A stretch of 64,000 nt of DNA from Marsupella aquatica (GCA_973895155.1 OZ316893.1:18478757-18542756); one strand, 5' to 3'. Positions 35,310-47,647 are shown, numbered from the stretch's first letter. Program-made: numbers and translations. The notes: generated from the sequence alone by a model not told the origin.

Positions 35310-36620
35310 CTACGACTCTTGATCGGCCTGTTGTCTTCCGTCAAACATTGGTGGAGGTACGTCCGGTGGGGGAGACTCCGGGCTCCCCTGCTGTTGTGGA
35401 TCCCCCCGCACCACCCTTGGTAGTCTAGGAATAAAACGGCCGCAGGTCCGCACTCCTGGTACCAAGCGATCCGACCCGTAACCCAAGTCCTCGTGGTATT
35501 CCTCCTTGTATTCTCCGTCCTTCAGGCGTCCTGGTGCCTGTTGGTCCTCTCTAGGACTAGTCGTAAACCCGGCCTCCTGCCAGGGATTATACAGGCGTGC
35601 GGCTTGCTCTTCCGGCTTACGTACCTGACTTTCACACTCCTTTTCAGGACTGGGAACCCTGGGTCCTAGTTCCTCTAAGTCACTAGAGGCTCTTACATAC
35701 ATCCGCACCCCCGGCTCGTGTTCCGGCCTCCTTCTTTCTTTGGCTCCGGTAAAGGGGTTTTCCCTTGTCATTTTTCTGGTGCCCGTTGTTGCTGCCACTG
35801 GTGCTAGAGCCGCCTTCTCCTTGGTCAGTATATGCAGGAGGCTCTGCATGGCTGGTTGTTGCATTGGCCCAGCTTCCGGCACCTGTCGGAAGACTTGAGC
35901 TATCGTGGGACTGCCTGGCGGGTCGGGCTGCTTTGCTGCCGCTCTCGGGTCTGATTCCTCTTCTGGCGCTCTAGCCTGTAGGGGAAGAATCGGGGCAAAG
36001 ATTTGACTTTGGGCGTACCGACATAACAACGGCATGTGATAACCAAGCTGGGATACGCTTCCTTGACTAATCACAAGCTGTTCCTCCTTTAATAACTTTC
36101 TAAGTTGGTTGAGGAGGTACCCATTGTAATCCCGGCTTGGGTCTGGCCTCTCTGCAAGGTAAACCTGTGCTTTGCCAATCTCCGGCCTCAGCCAGTTGCA
36201 ATGCATTGTTACCCGGAAGAAATTAATCATTTCTCCTATATGCGGGTTGGTGCAGGTGCTCCTCAAGAAGCCGTTCTTCGTTGACGGTCCGGGGAACAAT
36301 CTAAACTCCTTGTCTGGCAAGTTCTTCCGGGTTTCTACCTTAGCTTTGTTGCCCTTGGGCAAGCCAAACACTTCGGAAATCACGTTGGAGGTGAGATAGA
36401 AGTCCCTCCCATAGATCTTTGTGGAGCTGGTCTCGTGGTCCCATGATCCCACGAATTCCAATAAGTCCAATTCTGGCACCTCCTTCTTTAGCCATAGCAG
36501 TCTTACAAAGCTCTCCAAGCCTGATCCAGCCATGAAGCCCTGGTACTTCTTGGTCTGCATGGCTGTAAAGCATGCATCCTCCTCTCGTGCAAAATGTAGC
36601 TGTACCGCCAGTGGTATCAT
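35310..36620 (-). CDS. Retrotransposon accessory protein (436 aa; resembles the plant Gypsy extra-ORF / Transposase_32-like pattern)
   Basis: LLEFVGSW..TKIYGRDFYLTSNVISEVFGLP motif; a diverged homolog lies at 28314-28697. Confidence 0.65.
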   Translation of the reverse strand: MIPLAVQLHFAREEDACFTAMQTKKYQGFMAGSGLESFVRLLWLKKEVPELDLLEFVGSWDHETSSTKIYGRDFYLTSNVISEVFGLPKGNKAKVETRKNLPDKEFRLFPGPSTKNGFLRSTCTNPHIGEMINFFRVTMHCNWLRPEIGKAQVYLAERPDPSRDYNGYLLNQLRKLLKEEQLVISQGSVSQLGYHMPLLCRYAQSQIFAPILPLQARAPEEESDPRAAAKQPDPPGSPTIAQVFRQVPEAGPMQQPAMQSLLHILTKEKAALAPVAATTGTRKMTRENPFTGAKERRRPEHEPGVRMYVRASSDLEELGPRVPSPEKECESQVRKPEEQAARLYNPWQEAGFTTSPREDQQAPGRLKDGEYKEEYHEDLGYGSDRLVPGVRTCGRFIPRLPRVVRGDPQQQGSPESPPPDVPPPMFDGRQQADQES

Positions 36621-36713
36621 TGCCGCCCATCCCTTCCAGGTGTTGTCTCGGGTAGGGACGGCATTGACTGGGTCGACTTCTTGTTCCTTGGGTTCCTCCT
36701 CCCTCTACTTCCC

Positions 36714-37207
36714 CTATTCGGCTGGCTTCTTTGATACTGCCAATCTCGTCCTCTTGGCCGATGTGTTTTCTTCATTGTTGGTCATCTTCCTCTTCATTTC
36801 AGCGGCACCTGAAGATTCTCCCAATACTGTTGCTTTTGTCCATGCCGTTGTGCAACCCTCCAGGTCCCAATGTTTGTCGTTGCAGTTGTTGATGGCTTGT
36901 CGGCTGCCTACGATTTGGTTGTCTTGAATTAGAAGGTTGTCAAGCTCGTCGCCAGTAGGTGTCCACAGGAATTCAGCCTTGATGAGTTCTCCTCCTAAGA
37001 AGGCCGTCTTCTGCAGTTCCCACAGCCGAGCAAGTTCTTCTTGCTCGCGGGCTGCTCTTTCTGATTCTTCTTCTTCGTAAGTCCCGACGTACTCACTTGC
37101 CCGTTCAAACAGGCATCCCCAAAAATGTGCTGCTTGATTGATGTTGCTCATTCCCTTCTCTGGCCGTGCTTGGTAGCTGCTTATGTCCCTCCCGTGTTCT
37201 CCTCCAT
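36714..37207 (-). CDS. Hypothetical ORF whose 5' end is cut by a LINE micro-insertion
   Basis: ~164 open codons upstream of 36620 on the same strand. Confidence 0.4.
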
Positions 37208-37248
37208 AAGTCAAAGTCAAATTCTAAGCTCCACGACGACCCAATGAG
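37208..37248 (-). mobile_element. RTEX family B micro-insertion (~41 bp)
   Basis: Tail plus the 3' half of the hairpin. Confidence 0.8.
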
Positions 37249-38048
37249 CTGACAGTCGTTGGCTTCTGCTTGCACTTTGCTTGCTCAAGGTGCGAATGTG
37301 AGCCGTCCTTCCGGGTTTGGCTTGCCTTACCCCCCTGCTCGGTCGATCTGCCCGTTGGTTACCCATAGCCGCCGGCACTTAGTTTGCCCTAACTCTAATC
37401 GTGTTCCCTGCCGTGGCGTCCTTACTTCTGGCCTCGGCTCGGGTTCCATAGTCACCCTTAATTATTTATATTTTCCTTGTTTTTGTTACTATACTAATGT
37501 GTTTTCAGGGTACCCTCCTGGTTTTACCATTTAAATGGCCTAGTGATTCCTGGCTAGGCATCACACTAATGAGTAGTTTTCCAAAATATTTCTCCCAAGG
37601 ATAAATCCTGTCTGTTGCAGGCTTATTAGCTGTGGCAAATCCTGATCAACCTAAGTGCCAATATCTTTCCAATCAACTTATAGATGTGTTCAACAAGGTT
37701 AGCAGTCTCCAGTCTTTCAACATTCTCTTATCAGGCCTCTTGGGGATGAACTTAGCCGTCCCCTCTTTGATCCCACTCGCCAACTTCCCAGTCATCCAGA
37801 ATTCTTGTACCATGGCGACCAGATTCCTCTTGCATGAACTCCCAGCACTCCTGGTATACCTCCACTGAAAGTCCATCCGGTCCAAGGGTCTTATGTCATG
37901 ACATATAGAGTCGGTAGCATAAGATATCCAGACATGTATCATATGCATCCAAGTAAAACAACAAAATAGAAAACCAGAAAGATGATACATGGTTGTCCAT
38001 TAACACCAAGATGAAGAAATGTTGGGGCATGAAAGTAAACCCTTGTAT

Positions 38049-38724
38049 CCCCCCCCCCCCAGACCTGAGCATGGAAATGGTCAACGAGCTGAGATGTCAA
38101 AGGTAATTCTCCAATTAAATCACAAAACCAACGGTAAAACAATCCCTGAATCCCAGTAGAGTGGTATAGGCTGTCAAGAAGAGAATGAGGTTCTTACTCT
38201 GTCACACTGTTCACACCTAGCTATGATATCCCAAATCTGAGCATGCATCCCCTTCCAATGGTAGTGAGGAGCCAACAAACTATAAGTACGCTTGATTCCA
38301 AAATGCCCAAATTCAGAATGTACTTTTCTGACCAAGCTAGCCCTATCAGCAATTGGTGGAACCACTCTCTCCCCTTGTGGCAAACAGCGGACTAGGTGAT
38401 CTCCCTTCCACATGTAACGCTTAGACCATTGTAGTATCCGATCCCTTTAGTGGTCATGCCTGGTGGGTACTGCCTGTGCTGCAAGAAATTCAGAGTGTCC
38501 AAATCCTCCCAGATGTCCACAATTGGTTGGTCAACAACGCTGCAACAAAGCAAGGCAAGATAGGCAGAGGCCCCAAGTGTAGAGCTAGGACTAGCATGAT
38601 CAAAATCTTGCCGTGCATCTGAAAAATCTGTTGAAATGATCAAAGGACTACGAGACATGGTGTCAGCATTCTGGTGAGTAATTCCAGGTCTATGAATAAC
38701 TTCAAACTCATATTCTTGCAAAAT
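38049..38724 (-). pseudogene. Ty3/Gypsy pol fragment (RNase H end, integrase HHCC) joined to a PPT
   Basis: LQEYEFEVIHRPGITHQNADTMSR, VHSEFGHFGIKRT..CEQC and FYRWFCDL, then a jump to a poly-G tract. Confidence 0.85.
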
Positions 38725-40052
38725 CAAAGTCAAAGTCAAAGTCAAATTCTAAGCTCCACGACGACCCAATGAGTCAAGGGAGCTGTGGCAAAAAAGCCAA
38801 ATACAAAGCAAAGAAATGAGTCAAATGCTCATGTGAGGATCTCTACATCCTCACTAATAACAAATTTAGGACCTTAAGAGTCACTAATGTATAATGCTAT
38901 CACATCGTTTCCTATCCACTGCCATGATATACAATCCAAGTTGCTTTGGTGGCAACCTAAATAGATCATGCAGATCAGAAACAAGGATTTGATGTGCTAT
39001 TCGAATCTCCTCATACCGTCTACATGCTATGAATACATGATATTCATTCTCAATGCTGCCACTATCACAGAGTCTACACACCCTATCCTGCCTCCTAATT
39101 CCCTTCCATCTACCCTCCTCTACCTCCAAGTGATGTGAGCTGAGTCTATATCTAGCAATCACTTGTCTCAACCTCATAGAAATGGGAGCTCTAAGATACT
39201 CTTGTTCTTCATACAACATCATGGGGTTTACATCCCTCATAAAATACTGTAATCTAGGGCTAGGATCACTCCAAAGTTTTCTAATAGCTTTATCACGCAA
39301 GAGTGACCAAAGCTTCTTTGGTTGAGTATGGTAATGGTAATGGTAATGTATTATAAGCTCCGGGACCATGAAAGTCAAAGGAGCTGCCACAAAAAGTAAA
39401 GTACAATGCAATCAAAGAAAAGAGCAACCAAAAGAGATTGCTCAGAAGAGGACAACTATGTCCTCAAAGAAACAGTATGCCATTCATGCTCAGATAAGTC
39501 CCATGATTGGGCCCAGCTACATACATCAGCATACCAACCAAAAGCTCTAGATATGTGAAAGGCTTGCGTAGGTAGCCTAGAATCATTCAACGCCTCCACT
39601 CTCCTAGCATATTGAAGAGTGTGATAGAGAGCTTCAACCTCCAATGGTAGAAGACCTACCTCAGCCAATAACAAGGGGTATGGGGTTTGGGTTTTCACTC
39701 CAAGCTCCATCTCCAAGAAAAACTTTTGGATGGCCTCTACCTTTTTCCAACAAGATTGAGAAGTAGAAGGGCCCCATACTTGCACCCCATAAAGAATAAC
39801 AGGCCTTACCAAGGAATTGAAGAGTTGTTTCTTCAACTTCCAAGCGGAAAGGCTTGCTCCCTTGCACTTTTGAACCATGCTGTAGAAGGTCTTGTAACCA
39901 TGAGCCACCCTGTGCGTCACACATGTAGCCCAACTCATGCTTCGAGAAAACTCCACCCCAAGATACTTGTAAGAGGTCACCATCTCCACCTTTTCACCTG
40001 CAAAATAGAGAGAAAGCTCTTGCTTTGTACCAAGTACAAGGCACTTGGCCAA
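38725..40052 (-). mobile_element. RTEX family B, 5'-truncated, containing a family A insertion
   Basis: (TTTGAC)3 tail, its own 3' UTR, and an ORF2 C-terminus clearly homologous to but diverged from family A. Confidence 0.9.
39328..39473 (-). mobile_element. RTEX family A 3'-end insertion inside a family B copy
   Basis: AGTATG duplicated (39325-39330, 39474-39479); removal restores EHEWHTQPKKLW. Confidence 0.9.
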
Positions 40053-41900
40053 AGCTAAGCTGCATTTCTCCCTGAATCTCAATAGCGCGCTTGGCCTCTC
40101 TCTGGGATTCCCAAAATCAGCATCTCGTCTGTTTCAACAGAATCCTCCTTCAATCACATCTGCCCAATTTCTGACTCTGCAGGTCAATCCTTGGCTCATT
40201 CTTTATCTCCATTTTTACCATAGCCTTGCCTCCAGTTCACGTTCCTCCTTTGGATTACCTCTCGTGAATGACAAATCCTCATTCTTCTTCTTTTTCCTTT
40301 CTCAGCGTTACCATGCCCCTTTGCTTTCATTTGCCTTAATTCTAACTCCAAAAAATTCACAACAACATCTACGGCAGCGTCAACTCTTTCGGCACATTCA
40401 TCGCCCGACTTGTATTACAGTCCTTGTCTCCTGTCGATACGCCTTGCTTCACCCAAAAAGTTCAATTCCAAACAATCATGCTTGGCAGCACTTTGCTTTT
40501 CCCTTTTGCTCCCTTCTTCCAAAAATCCAAGTAACCACACAACACACTCTCCCCATTTGGCCATTTTTCTTATCTTTTTTGTCCCCAAACCTCCGTCGCG
40601 CCTCCGCCTTTCTTTCCAAAAAAAACCCAAAGCTCAACACACACAACAATTCCCATGAAAATCCGAGCATTCCAATTCCTATCCAGTCTTCTGCTTTCGC
40701 CAGCTTCTCCTTGTTCACCCAAGAGACCTCCCAACAGCTTCAGCGTTTGGCAGCACGCGCCCTTGTCACACTCTCTCCAAATCTTCCATTCTATCGTGCT
40801 CCCCCGCCTTCTCTCAAGAACTCCCCAAACAAAATCATTCCCGCATTCACCACCACTCCTTGTCTTCTCTCACCTTTTTCTTTTCAAACTCTCCAGCGCG
40901 CTCCATCCTTTGCGTCAACTTCTCGCAAAATCCACTCTAACCTCCTCGCCTCAGTTTGAAAACTGCCCTTATGAACCGGGTGCTCCCAGCTCACCACGTG
41001 TCAACGGTGTCGTTGGGATGGATGATAGAGGAAAGGAAGTGAAGGCCTTATTTTTGAGTTGGAAATATTTGGTGTGAGAAAGTTCAAAAAGACAAAAGAG
41101 GAATAAAACAAGTGAAAGTTGAAGCTTAGGCTTAAGGAAATAGAGACAATTATTGTGGTTGAGACACGTGGCATCCTGTGAGCACATTTCATAAGGGTCA
41201 GATTCAAAGTGAGACGCGAAGAGGAGGATCGGGAGGAAAATAACTGCCGATCGAAGAAGGAAGTTAGGGAGGGAGTTTGCGAAAGAAGGGCAATGGAAGA
41301 AACACTTTGACAATGAGATTGAGCAATGTGAACCCCCGGCATGAGTGACCAAAGAGGAGATCAGGCAACGGGGAGCACTGAGGGATGACTATATCAAACA
41401 AGGGGTGATCCAATAAAGCAATATGGTGTAAAAAGAGTTGTTCAGGAGGCTGAGAAATGTTAATACGAAGATCCATCCCAGGAAGTGTGAGTTTGCTATT
41501 AACTCAGTGGTTTACCTTGGGCATCTAATCATTCCAAATGGCACTATGGCTCATTGGGCTAAAGTCGTGTCTATTCTTGAGATGCCCAAGCCTACTGATA
41601 CTCACACTCTGGGAAGCTTCATTGGTCTATGTAATTACTACAGAATTTAAATCCAGGACTTCAGCATCATTGCTCACCCATTGTACATGTTGCTTAAGAA
41701 GGATGTTACCTGGAAATGGACTGAAGACAATCAGGTGGCAATTGAAACTTTGAAGGAAAAATTATCAAGTTACCCTATTCTCAGAAGGCCTGATTTCAAC
41801 AAAACATTCATTTTGCATACAGATTGGAGTGCTCTAGGTATTGGTGCCATTCTGGGTCAATCTGATGGGGACGGGCGGGAGTATGTCATTGCTTATGCGT

Positions 41901-44697
41901 TGTCGTCAGGAATAAGAGGATGAGAGGTGATGAAGGACTTCTTGTTTTGGGGAGCTTAGGTGTGGAGTTGAAAGTGAAACTTATTTAATTTGAAGAGAAG
42001 TGTCAAAGTCAAGTTCTAAGCTCCACGACGACCCAATGAGTCAAGGGAGCTGTGGCAAAAAAGCCAAATACAAAGCGAAGAAATGAGTCAAATGCTCATG
42101 TGAGGATCTCTACATCCTCACTAATAACAAACTAAGGACCTTAAGAGTCACTAATGTGTAATGATATCACATCGTTTCCTATCCACTGCCATGATATACA
42201 ATCCAAGTTGCTTTGGTGGCAACCTAAATAGATCATGCAGATCAGAAACAAGGATTTGATGTGCTATTTGAACCTCCTCATACCGTCTACATGCTATGAA
42301 TACATGAAGTGTGAGGAGAAGTCTTTCGGGAATAAGACAAAACAGAAATTAAAGAAGGAGAGTTTGTCTTAGGATAAGAAGAATTTAAAATGAATAATGC
42401 GGGAGTAACACGTGGCATTCCGTGAACACGATTCATAAGGGTCAGTTTGAAGTGGAGCGCAATATAAGGAGGATCGGGAGAAAGTAGGGGGTAACGGCCG
42501 AAGGAGGAAGGCAGTTAGAGGGATTCTCGGGAAGGAATTGAGGTGAAGAAGTGGAAATCGATGGACAGAGAAGGTGTGTGTGTATGCGCGATCAGATTCA
42601 GAGCCTTCGAGTGAAAAAGGGAATTGAGAAAAGGAGTTGCGATAGCGGAGGGTTAGCCAAGGGAAGCGTTGAGCAAGAAGGCAGCCAAAGGTAGTGAGAA
42701 TTGTGCGAGAATATGGAGCAGAGGTTAGTTTTCGTTTAGGAGAAACAAGGACAGCTTATGGCAGCAGTGAGCTTTTTCATGAGATGCAGGAATCAGGACT
42801 GAAGCACAATTTTGGCTCAGACTTGAGACAGAAGCAACGGAAAGATGTTAGAGAGGTCTTTGGGGAATAAGTGGAAGGCAAGGAAAGAAATGGCCAATTG
42901 TGAATATTGGAGTGAATAGGAGGAAAGGAGAGCAAAAGGAGAGAGGCTATGGTGGATTTTCTTGAATGATCGAGGAGGCGCAAAAAGGAGAAGCAGACAA
43001 AAATTGGGAGATTGAAAAGGAATTGCTATGGAAGAGATGGAATGAAGAAGTCAAGCTGGAATGAGCGAACAAAGGTCGGGGCATTATAGAGAGGTAACGA
43101 GAAAACAATCGGGATAAAAATTCAATGGAGAGGAAGAGGAATTCTGTCTGTCTGACAAAGGAGTCAAAAAAGGTGAGACTATGAGGTGAACTTTGGGAGT
43201 ACTGAATAAGTAAGAAGCCTGCACATGAGTGGAGCAAATTGGATCGAGTGATGGCTTGAAGAAGCACTTATCAGTGGAACAAAAATGGAGGACGTGAAGA
43301 CTTGAGGCAGAAATGCGAAGAAGAATTAGTGGAAAACCAGCGCCTGTCAAGATCATTCACTCGGTTGTTGTGAGTGAGGGAGTGGATGACAAAAACGGGG
43401 GACTACGCAGGTCTACTCGACAGAGAGGTCAAAGCTGAATCATCTGAAGTGATTGAAACTTGGATAGAAGGCGCTGCGGAGTATTTTTGCCAAGGCTGAA
43501 ATTGAGAAATAGAGGGTTCCACAGACAAGAATCAAACAGTAAAAGAGAGGACGATCGATGAAGGATGAATACCGATGGTAGAAGAAACAAGATTTGGACA
43601 GAGTAAAAATAAAGAAAGGAATGTCACCCATTGAGCACTGTACTGAGGCTAACGTGAATTAAAAGGGCTGAATTTGAACAAAGAAGGATATGAGGTGAGA
43701 TTGCCATTAACGAAAGTGATCATAAGGAAGGTTAAACGATGGGCGCATTTCACAGAAGATGAACAGGAAGAGTTCAGAGTACAGAAGAGGGAAACAAACT
43801 GCAGAAAAGGAGATTAGGGAATGGAGGTTAAAAGTGCCATTTCATAAGCTTTATTTTTGCTGAATTTGACTTTAGGGTGCTACAAGGAGGAAAAATGAGC
43901 CATTTATGGAATTAGTTAAGAAATTCCAACTAGAGTTATGGATCACCCAGACCACTATGGACTTGATGTTGTGGAGCTTTTGTAGTGAGTTTAAAATAAG
44001 GAAATTGACTTCTTTCGATGAGTGGAACCCGGTGATTGGGTCCATTTTTAGACTAGGGATTGTCCGCTGCCATGGAGTTTGAGGTTACCGGCCGTAGGTT
44101 TTTTTTTTTGTGGGACTCGAAGCTTGAGGAGAGGAGGAAGAAAGGACAAGAGGAAGAGTGTAAGAAGAATTAGGACATGAAGGAAGCTCGCCGGAGACTG
44201 AAGTTGTGTTCAAAGTGCCTGGGGGAAACCATTGACGAGCTTGAAACCGAGACCTGACCTGTTGACCTGAACTGAGTTTAGCATGGAGACCTGAGTTAGA
44301 GGATGAGCAACCAAAGAAAATGTTTTGTAAATCCGAACCAAAACTTCTTCTTTTGAGAATAAAAAGAAACAAATGATGAATTTGGACTATTTTGTTGTGA
44401 TGGAAATGATGAGTTGTTGTGGTGGAAATGTTTAGTTGTTGTTGAGGTGGAAATGATGAGTTGAAGTTAGATGAAAGTTATGTATGAGCGTGATCATGAA
44501 TGCAATGAATTTTAAATGAAAGAAAGTGATGGCATAGTGTTTTTTAAATAAGAATGACTTAGTGTAACAATATTAAAAATAAAAACTGAATAGGGTTAAG
44601 AGAAATTGAAACAACTTATGAAAATATGATGTTATGGCCAAGTCCCTAAAAACATAGAAAGTTCACTTTAACACCGCTTTAAACTGGCCCCCGGACA
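41901..44697 (+). mobile_element. Solo LTR, family C (~2.5 kb net of a LINE insert)
   Basis: TGTC...GGACA termini with GCGT duplicated on both sides; removal restores AYASSSNN. Confidence 0.78.
42003..42307 (-). mobile_element. RTEX family B 3' fragment
   Basis: Tail, UTR and ORF2 end; GAAGTGT at both junctions. Confidence 0.88.
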
Positions 44698-45047
44698 GCG
44701 TCTAGTAGCAATAACAAGGTTGAGAGCAACTACTCCTCTTATGAAGGCGAATGCTTGACTGTTGTGTGGACTGTCATACATTTCAGACCCTACCTATATG
44801 GCACTAAGTTCATGCTCTTTACCGATCATCAACCACTGAAGTGGTTAATGACCAATGATAAGCTTACTGGCAAGCTAGCTTGTTGGGCCCTCATTTTGCC
44901 TCATATTGCCTCATGCCTCTTTGTGGTCTCCTCTTCTGACCAACGAGCACCCTGAGCTTTGGCTAAAGCCATATCAGAGCATGAAGCATTGGAGCATTGG
45001 AGCATGAAGCATGAAGCATTGGAGCATTGGAGCATGGATCATGGAGC

Positions 45048-45480
45048 ATGGTAATGGTAATGGTAATGTATTATAAGCTCCGGGACCATGAAAGTCAAAG
45101 GAGCTGCCACAAAAAGTAAAGTACAATGCAATCAAAGAAAAGAGCAACCAAAAGAGATTGCTCAGAAGAGGACAACTATGTCCTCAAAGAAACTATGGAC
45201 CTAGAGAGCCCTGAAAGATTTTCCAAACCTATTCTCCTTTCCCTATCCACCGCAAAGATATATCTTCCAAGTTGTTGAGGGGGCAGACCAAACAATGCAT
45301 ACAAATCTTTCACCAAGATTTGAGATGCCATCCTAACCCCCTCATAAAACTTGCAAGCAATGAATACATGATATTCATTCTCTATACTAGAGCTATCACA
45401 TAGTTGACAAACCCTCTTTTTCCTGTCAATATCCTTCCATCTCCCTTGTTCTACTTCAAGGTGGTGTGAGCTTAGTCTAT
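45048..45480 (-). mobile_element. RTEX family A 3' fragment
   Basis: Tail, UTR and ORF2 C-terminus; inserted beside a GAGCATG/GAAGCAT low-complexity tract. Confidence 0.92.
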
Positions 45481-45809
45481 GAAGCTTGGAGTATGAATAT
45501 GGCAATTCCGTTATAGCTTGGAGCTTGGATCTTGGAGCAAAGATGCTAGGGAGTACAAAAACGAGCTTGAGGATCAAGACTCTAACAAGGACCAAATCAT
45601 TCCCATCGAATTGGACCTAGTTGGAGCTAGCTGCGCCTCTAAATTGGGTTCTATCTCTTCAAACATTTCCCCAAATCCATTTCTTTCAATTGCATTGGAA
45701 AGAGCTCTTCAAGGTGCCCCAAATCGACCTAAAAAATGTTCAAAACGGTTCAAAATTGAGACAGTTATGGTAGATTGAGTTTTGCATTTTAGGGTTTCCT
45801 TCGAATCCG

Positions 45810-47647
45810 CACTTCCGCGAATTTGCGACTTTGATTGCTCGGGCTGTGAGACAACTCTAGGGATGTTCTTGGGCTCATTAGGAGCGCCTTGAGGTCTACT
45901 ATCTTCCTATTTGAAAATAGCTCCAAATCTTGACACTGCTTGTGAGCTATTTACTATTTTTGTGAAGCCACCATTGTAGATTTTTAGGGATTTGAGTTTC
46001 TTGGGAGATTTATGGTTAAGTTGAGCTAGATTCATGCTCCCAAGCTTCTAGAAACTTTGATTATAGATGTTGTGAAAAGTGTTGATCCTTCACAAAATAG
46101 CTAGAATTTGTTTTTGCTCTTGGTCCGATTTAAAACATTAGGGATTTGACAAATTAGGGCTTGGAGAAATTAGAGCTTGCACCAGTATACACATCTTTGG
46201 AGATTGCTTTGGAACTGGAAAGGAGGACCTCATGGGGGACCAAGTGGGTTTGGAGGATGTGATGTCCTTGTTGAAAGGGCTTACAAAGGAGATGGCTGAC
46301 CAAAAAGCCCAATTGGCTACTCTTGTGAGAGTAGTGGAGGAGCAAAGGAAAGAGATCCATGAGTTGATGATTGAGTTGGGTGGCTCTATCAAGGTCACTA
46401 GGGTGATTGCTGAACATACAGTTGGGATGAGTGAGAGGTTAAAAGAGAATAACACCGTGGACTTGATGGAGGAGAAGCTAAAGACATATGCTGAAGCAGC
46501 CAACCAATCACACATGGAGTTTATCCAAACCAAGGAAGAGGAGAGAAGATTACTGGAGGAGGAAAAGAAGAACCAACATGCAAGAGTGAATAATTGCAAG
46601 ACATCAGGGGTGGTGGAGGTGGAAAAGGAGAACACCAAAGAGGTAGTCACTTCCTTCTTCCAATCTCACTTGAAAGTGCATGAACCTACCATTTTGCAGG
46701 CATACAGGATTGGACAAAAGAAGGGTGATCTTCCACGTCCAATCTTGGTCAAGTTTGGCATGGAATCTGAGAAAGTTAGAGTGATGGTTAATAGGAGCAT
46801 GCTCAAGGGTCAAAGGATTTGGTTGGATGATGATCTGACTCCCACCCAAGTGCAAGCAAGGAAGATTGAGCTTGACAAGGTGAGGGCAGCCAAGGATCAA
46901 GGATTGGTAGCATATCTGCACAATGGGCAAACTTTTGTGACCCAAAGGAAGAGAGATGCATGACCTTGAGAGTCATGGCATAGAATATTTCAGGACTTTC
47001 CATAGAATCAACAATAGGAGGAGAACCCTTGTTTGAGAATGCTGACATCCTGCTCTTCTTGGAGACTTGGCAATATGAGGAGAATGATCTACCTAGCATC
47101 AAGGATTTTACTTGCATTGGATCTCTCTTCAATAAAAAGAACACCACAAGGGGAAGAGGGTTCGGAGGTATTGCAGTCTACACCAAGAATCATCTTCAAC
47201 ACATGACATCTATTGAGCATGAAGATCCAAGCAAACAATTCATGGTGGTGAGACTACATACTAGAGGTATTCCATCATTTCTAATTGCCACCTATTTTGC
47301 CCCACTTAGCATGAATGTGTACAAGATGGGAACTGCTAATGCACAATATCTATTCCACAACTTGATTCAAGTTATACATGATGTATCAGTACTAGGAGAG
47401 ACATGGATAGTGGGAGACTTTAATGCTAGAGTGTCTCACCAACAATTCATTGATAGTGGAGATTTGGGGGCATTGCCTTGGATATCATGTAATGAAGACT
47501 CATCTTGGTTGAGAAAAGCTATAGATACTAGGGTAAATGATATGACACCCCATTTTCTACAATTAGGAGCTTCTTGTAATCTGAGAATATTGAATGGGCT
47601 TGAAAGATTTCCTCATTCATCAGGTTATACATTTAGATCAAGTCAAG
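45810..47647 (+). mobile_element. 5' half of a related RTEX LINE (5' UTR, ORF1, endonuclease)
   Basis: ORF1 at 46232-46963. ORF2 starts at ATG 46960 and has a TAG in place of the W codon. The 5' motif CACTTCCGCGAATTTGCGA resembles the family A 5' end. Confidence 0.88.
46232..46963 (+). CDS. LINE ORF1 protein (243 aa, open)
   Basis: Coiled coil + AYRIGQKKGDLPRPILVKF..IWLDDDLT. Confidence 0.85.
   Translation: MGDQVGLEDVMSLLKGLTKEMADQKAQLATLVRVVEEQRKEIHELMIELGGSIKVTRVIAEHTVGMSERLKENNTVDLMEEKLKTYAEAANQSHMEFIQTKEEERRLLEEEKKNQHARVNNCKTSGVVEVEKENTKEVVTSFFQSHLKVHEPTILQAYRIGQKKGDLPRPILVKFGMESEKVRVMVNRSMLKGQRIWLDDDLTPTQVQARKIELDKVRAAKDQGLVAYLHNGQTFVTQRKRDA

Larger units (their letters stand above)
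32175..37565. mobile_element. 5.4-kb TG..CA element with 5-bp TSD carrying long ORFs (solo-LTR-like)
   Basis: TGTGGTG...CATCACA termini; CTAAT duplicated at 32170-32174 and 37566-37570. No gag/pol and no second LTR seen. Confidence 0.8.
31836..37895 (-). pseudogene. L1-clade RT fragment interrupted by the 32175-37565 element
   Basis: FIPKRPDKRMLKDWRLLTLLN, QTGFILGR, KLDFEKAFDRV and GVRQGYPL lie on the two sides of the insertion. Confidence 0.8.
41438..44899 (+). pseudogene. Ty3/Gypsy RT-RNase H fragment split by a solo LTR
   Basis: KCEF..YLGH, FIGLCNYYR, HTDWS..GAILGQ..VIAYA | SSSNN..NYSSYEGEC..TDHQPL..WALIL. Confidence 0.88.

Noticed and set aside
39456-40082. Chimeric A/B recombinant LINE
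   Set aside because: The AGTATG duplication and restored frame show a simple A-into-B insertion.
40045-40959. 304-aa F/S/L/P-rich ORF
   Set aside because: Pyrimidine-rich reverse strand of LTR-like DNA that is stop-poor by composition; no motif.
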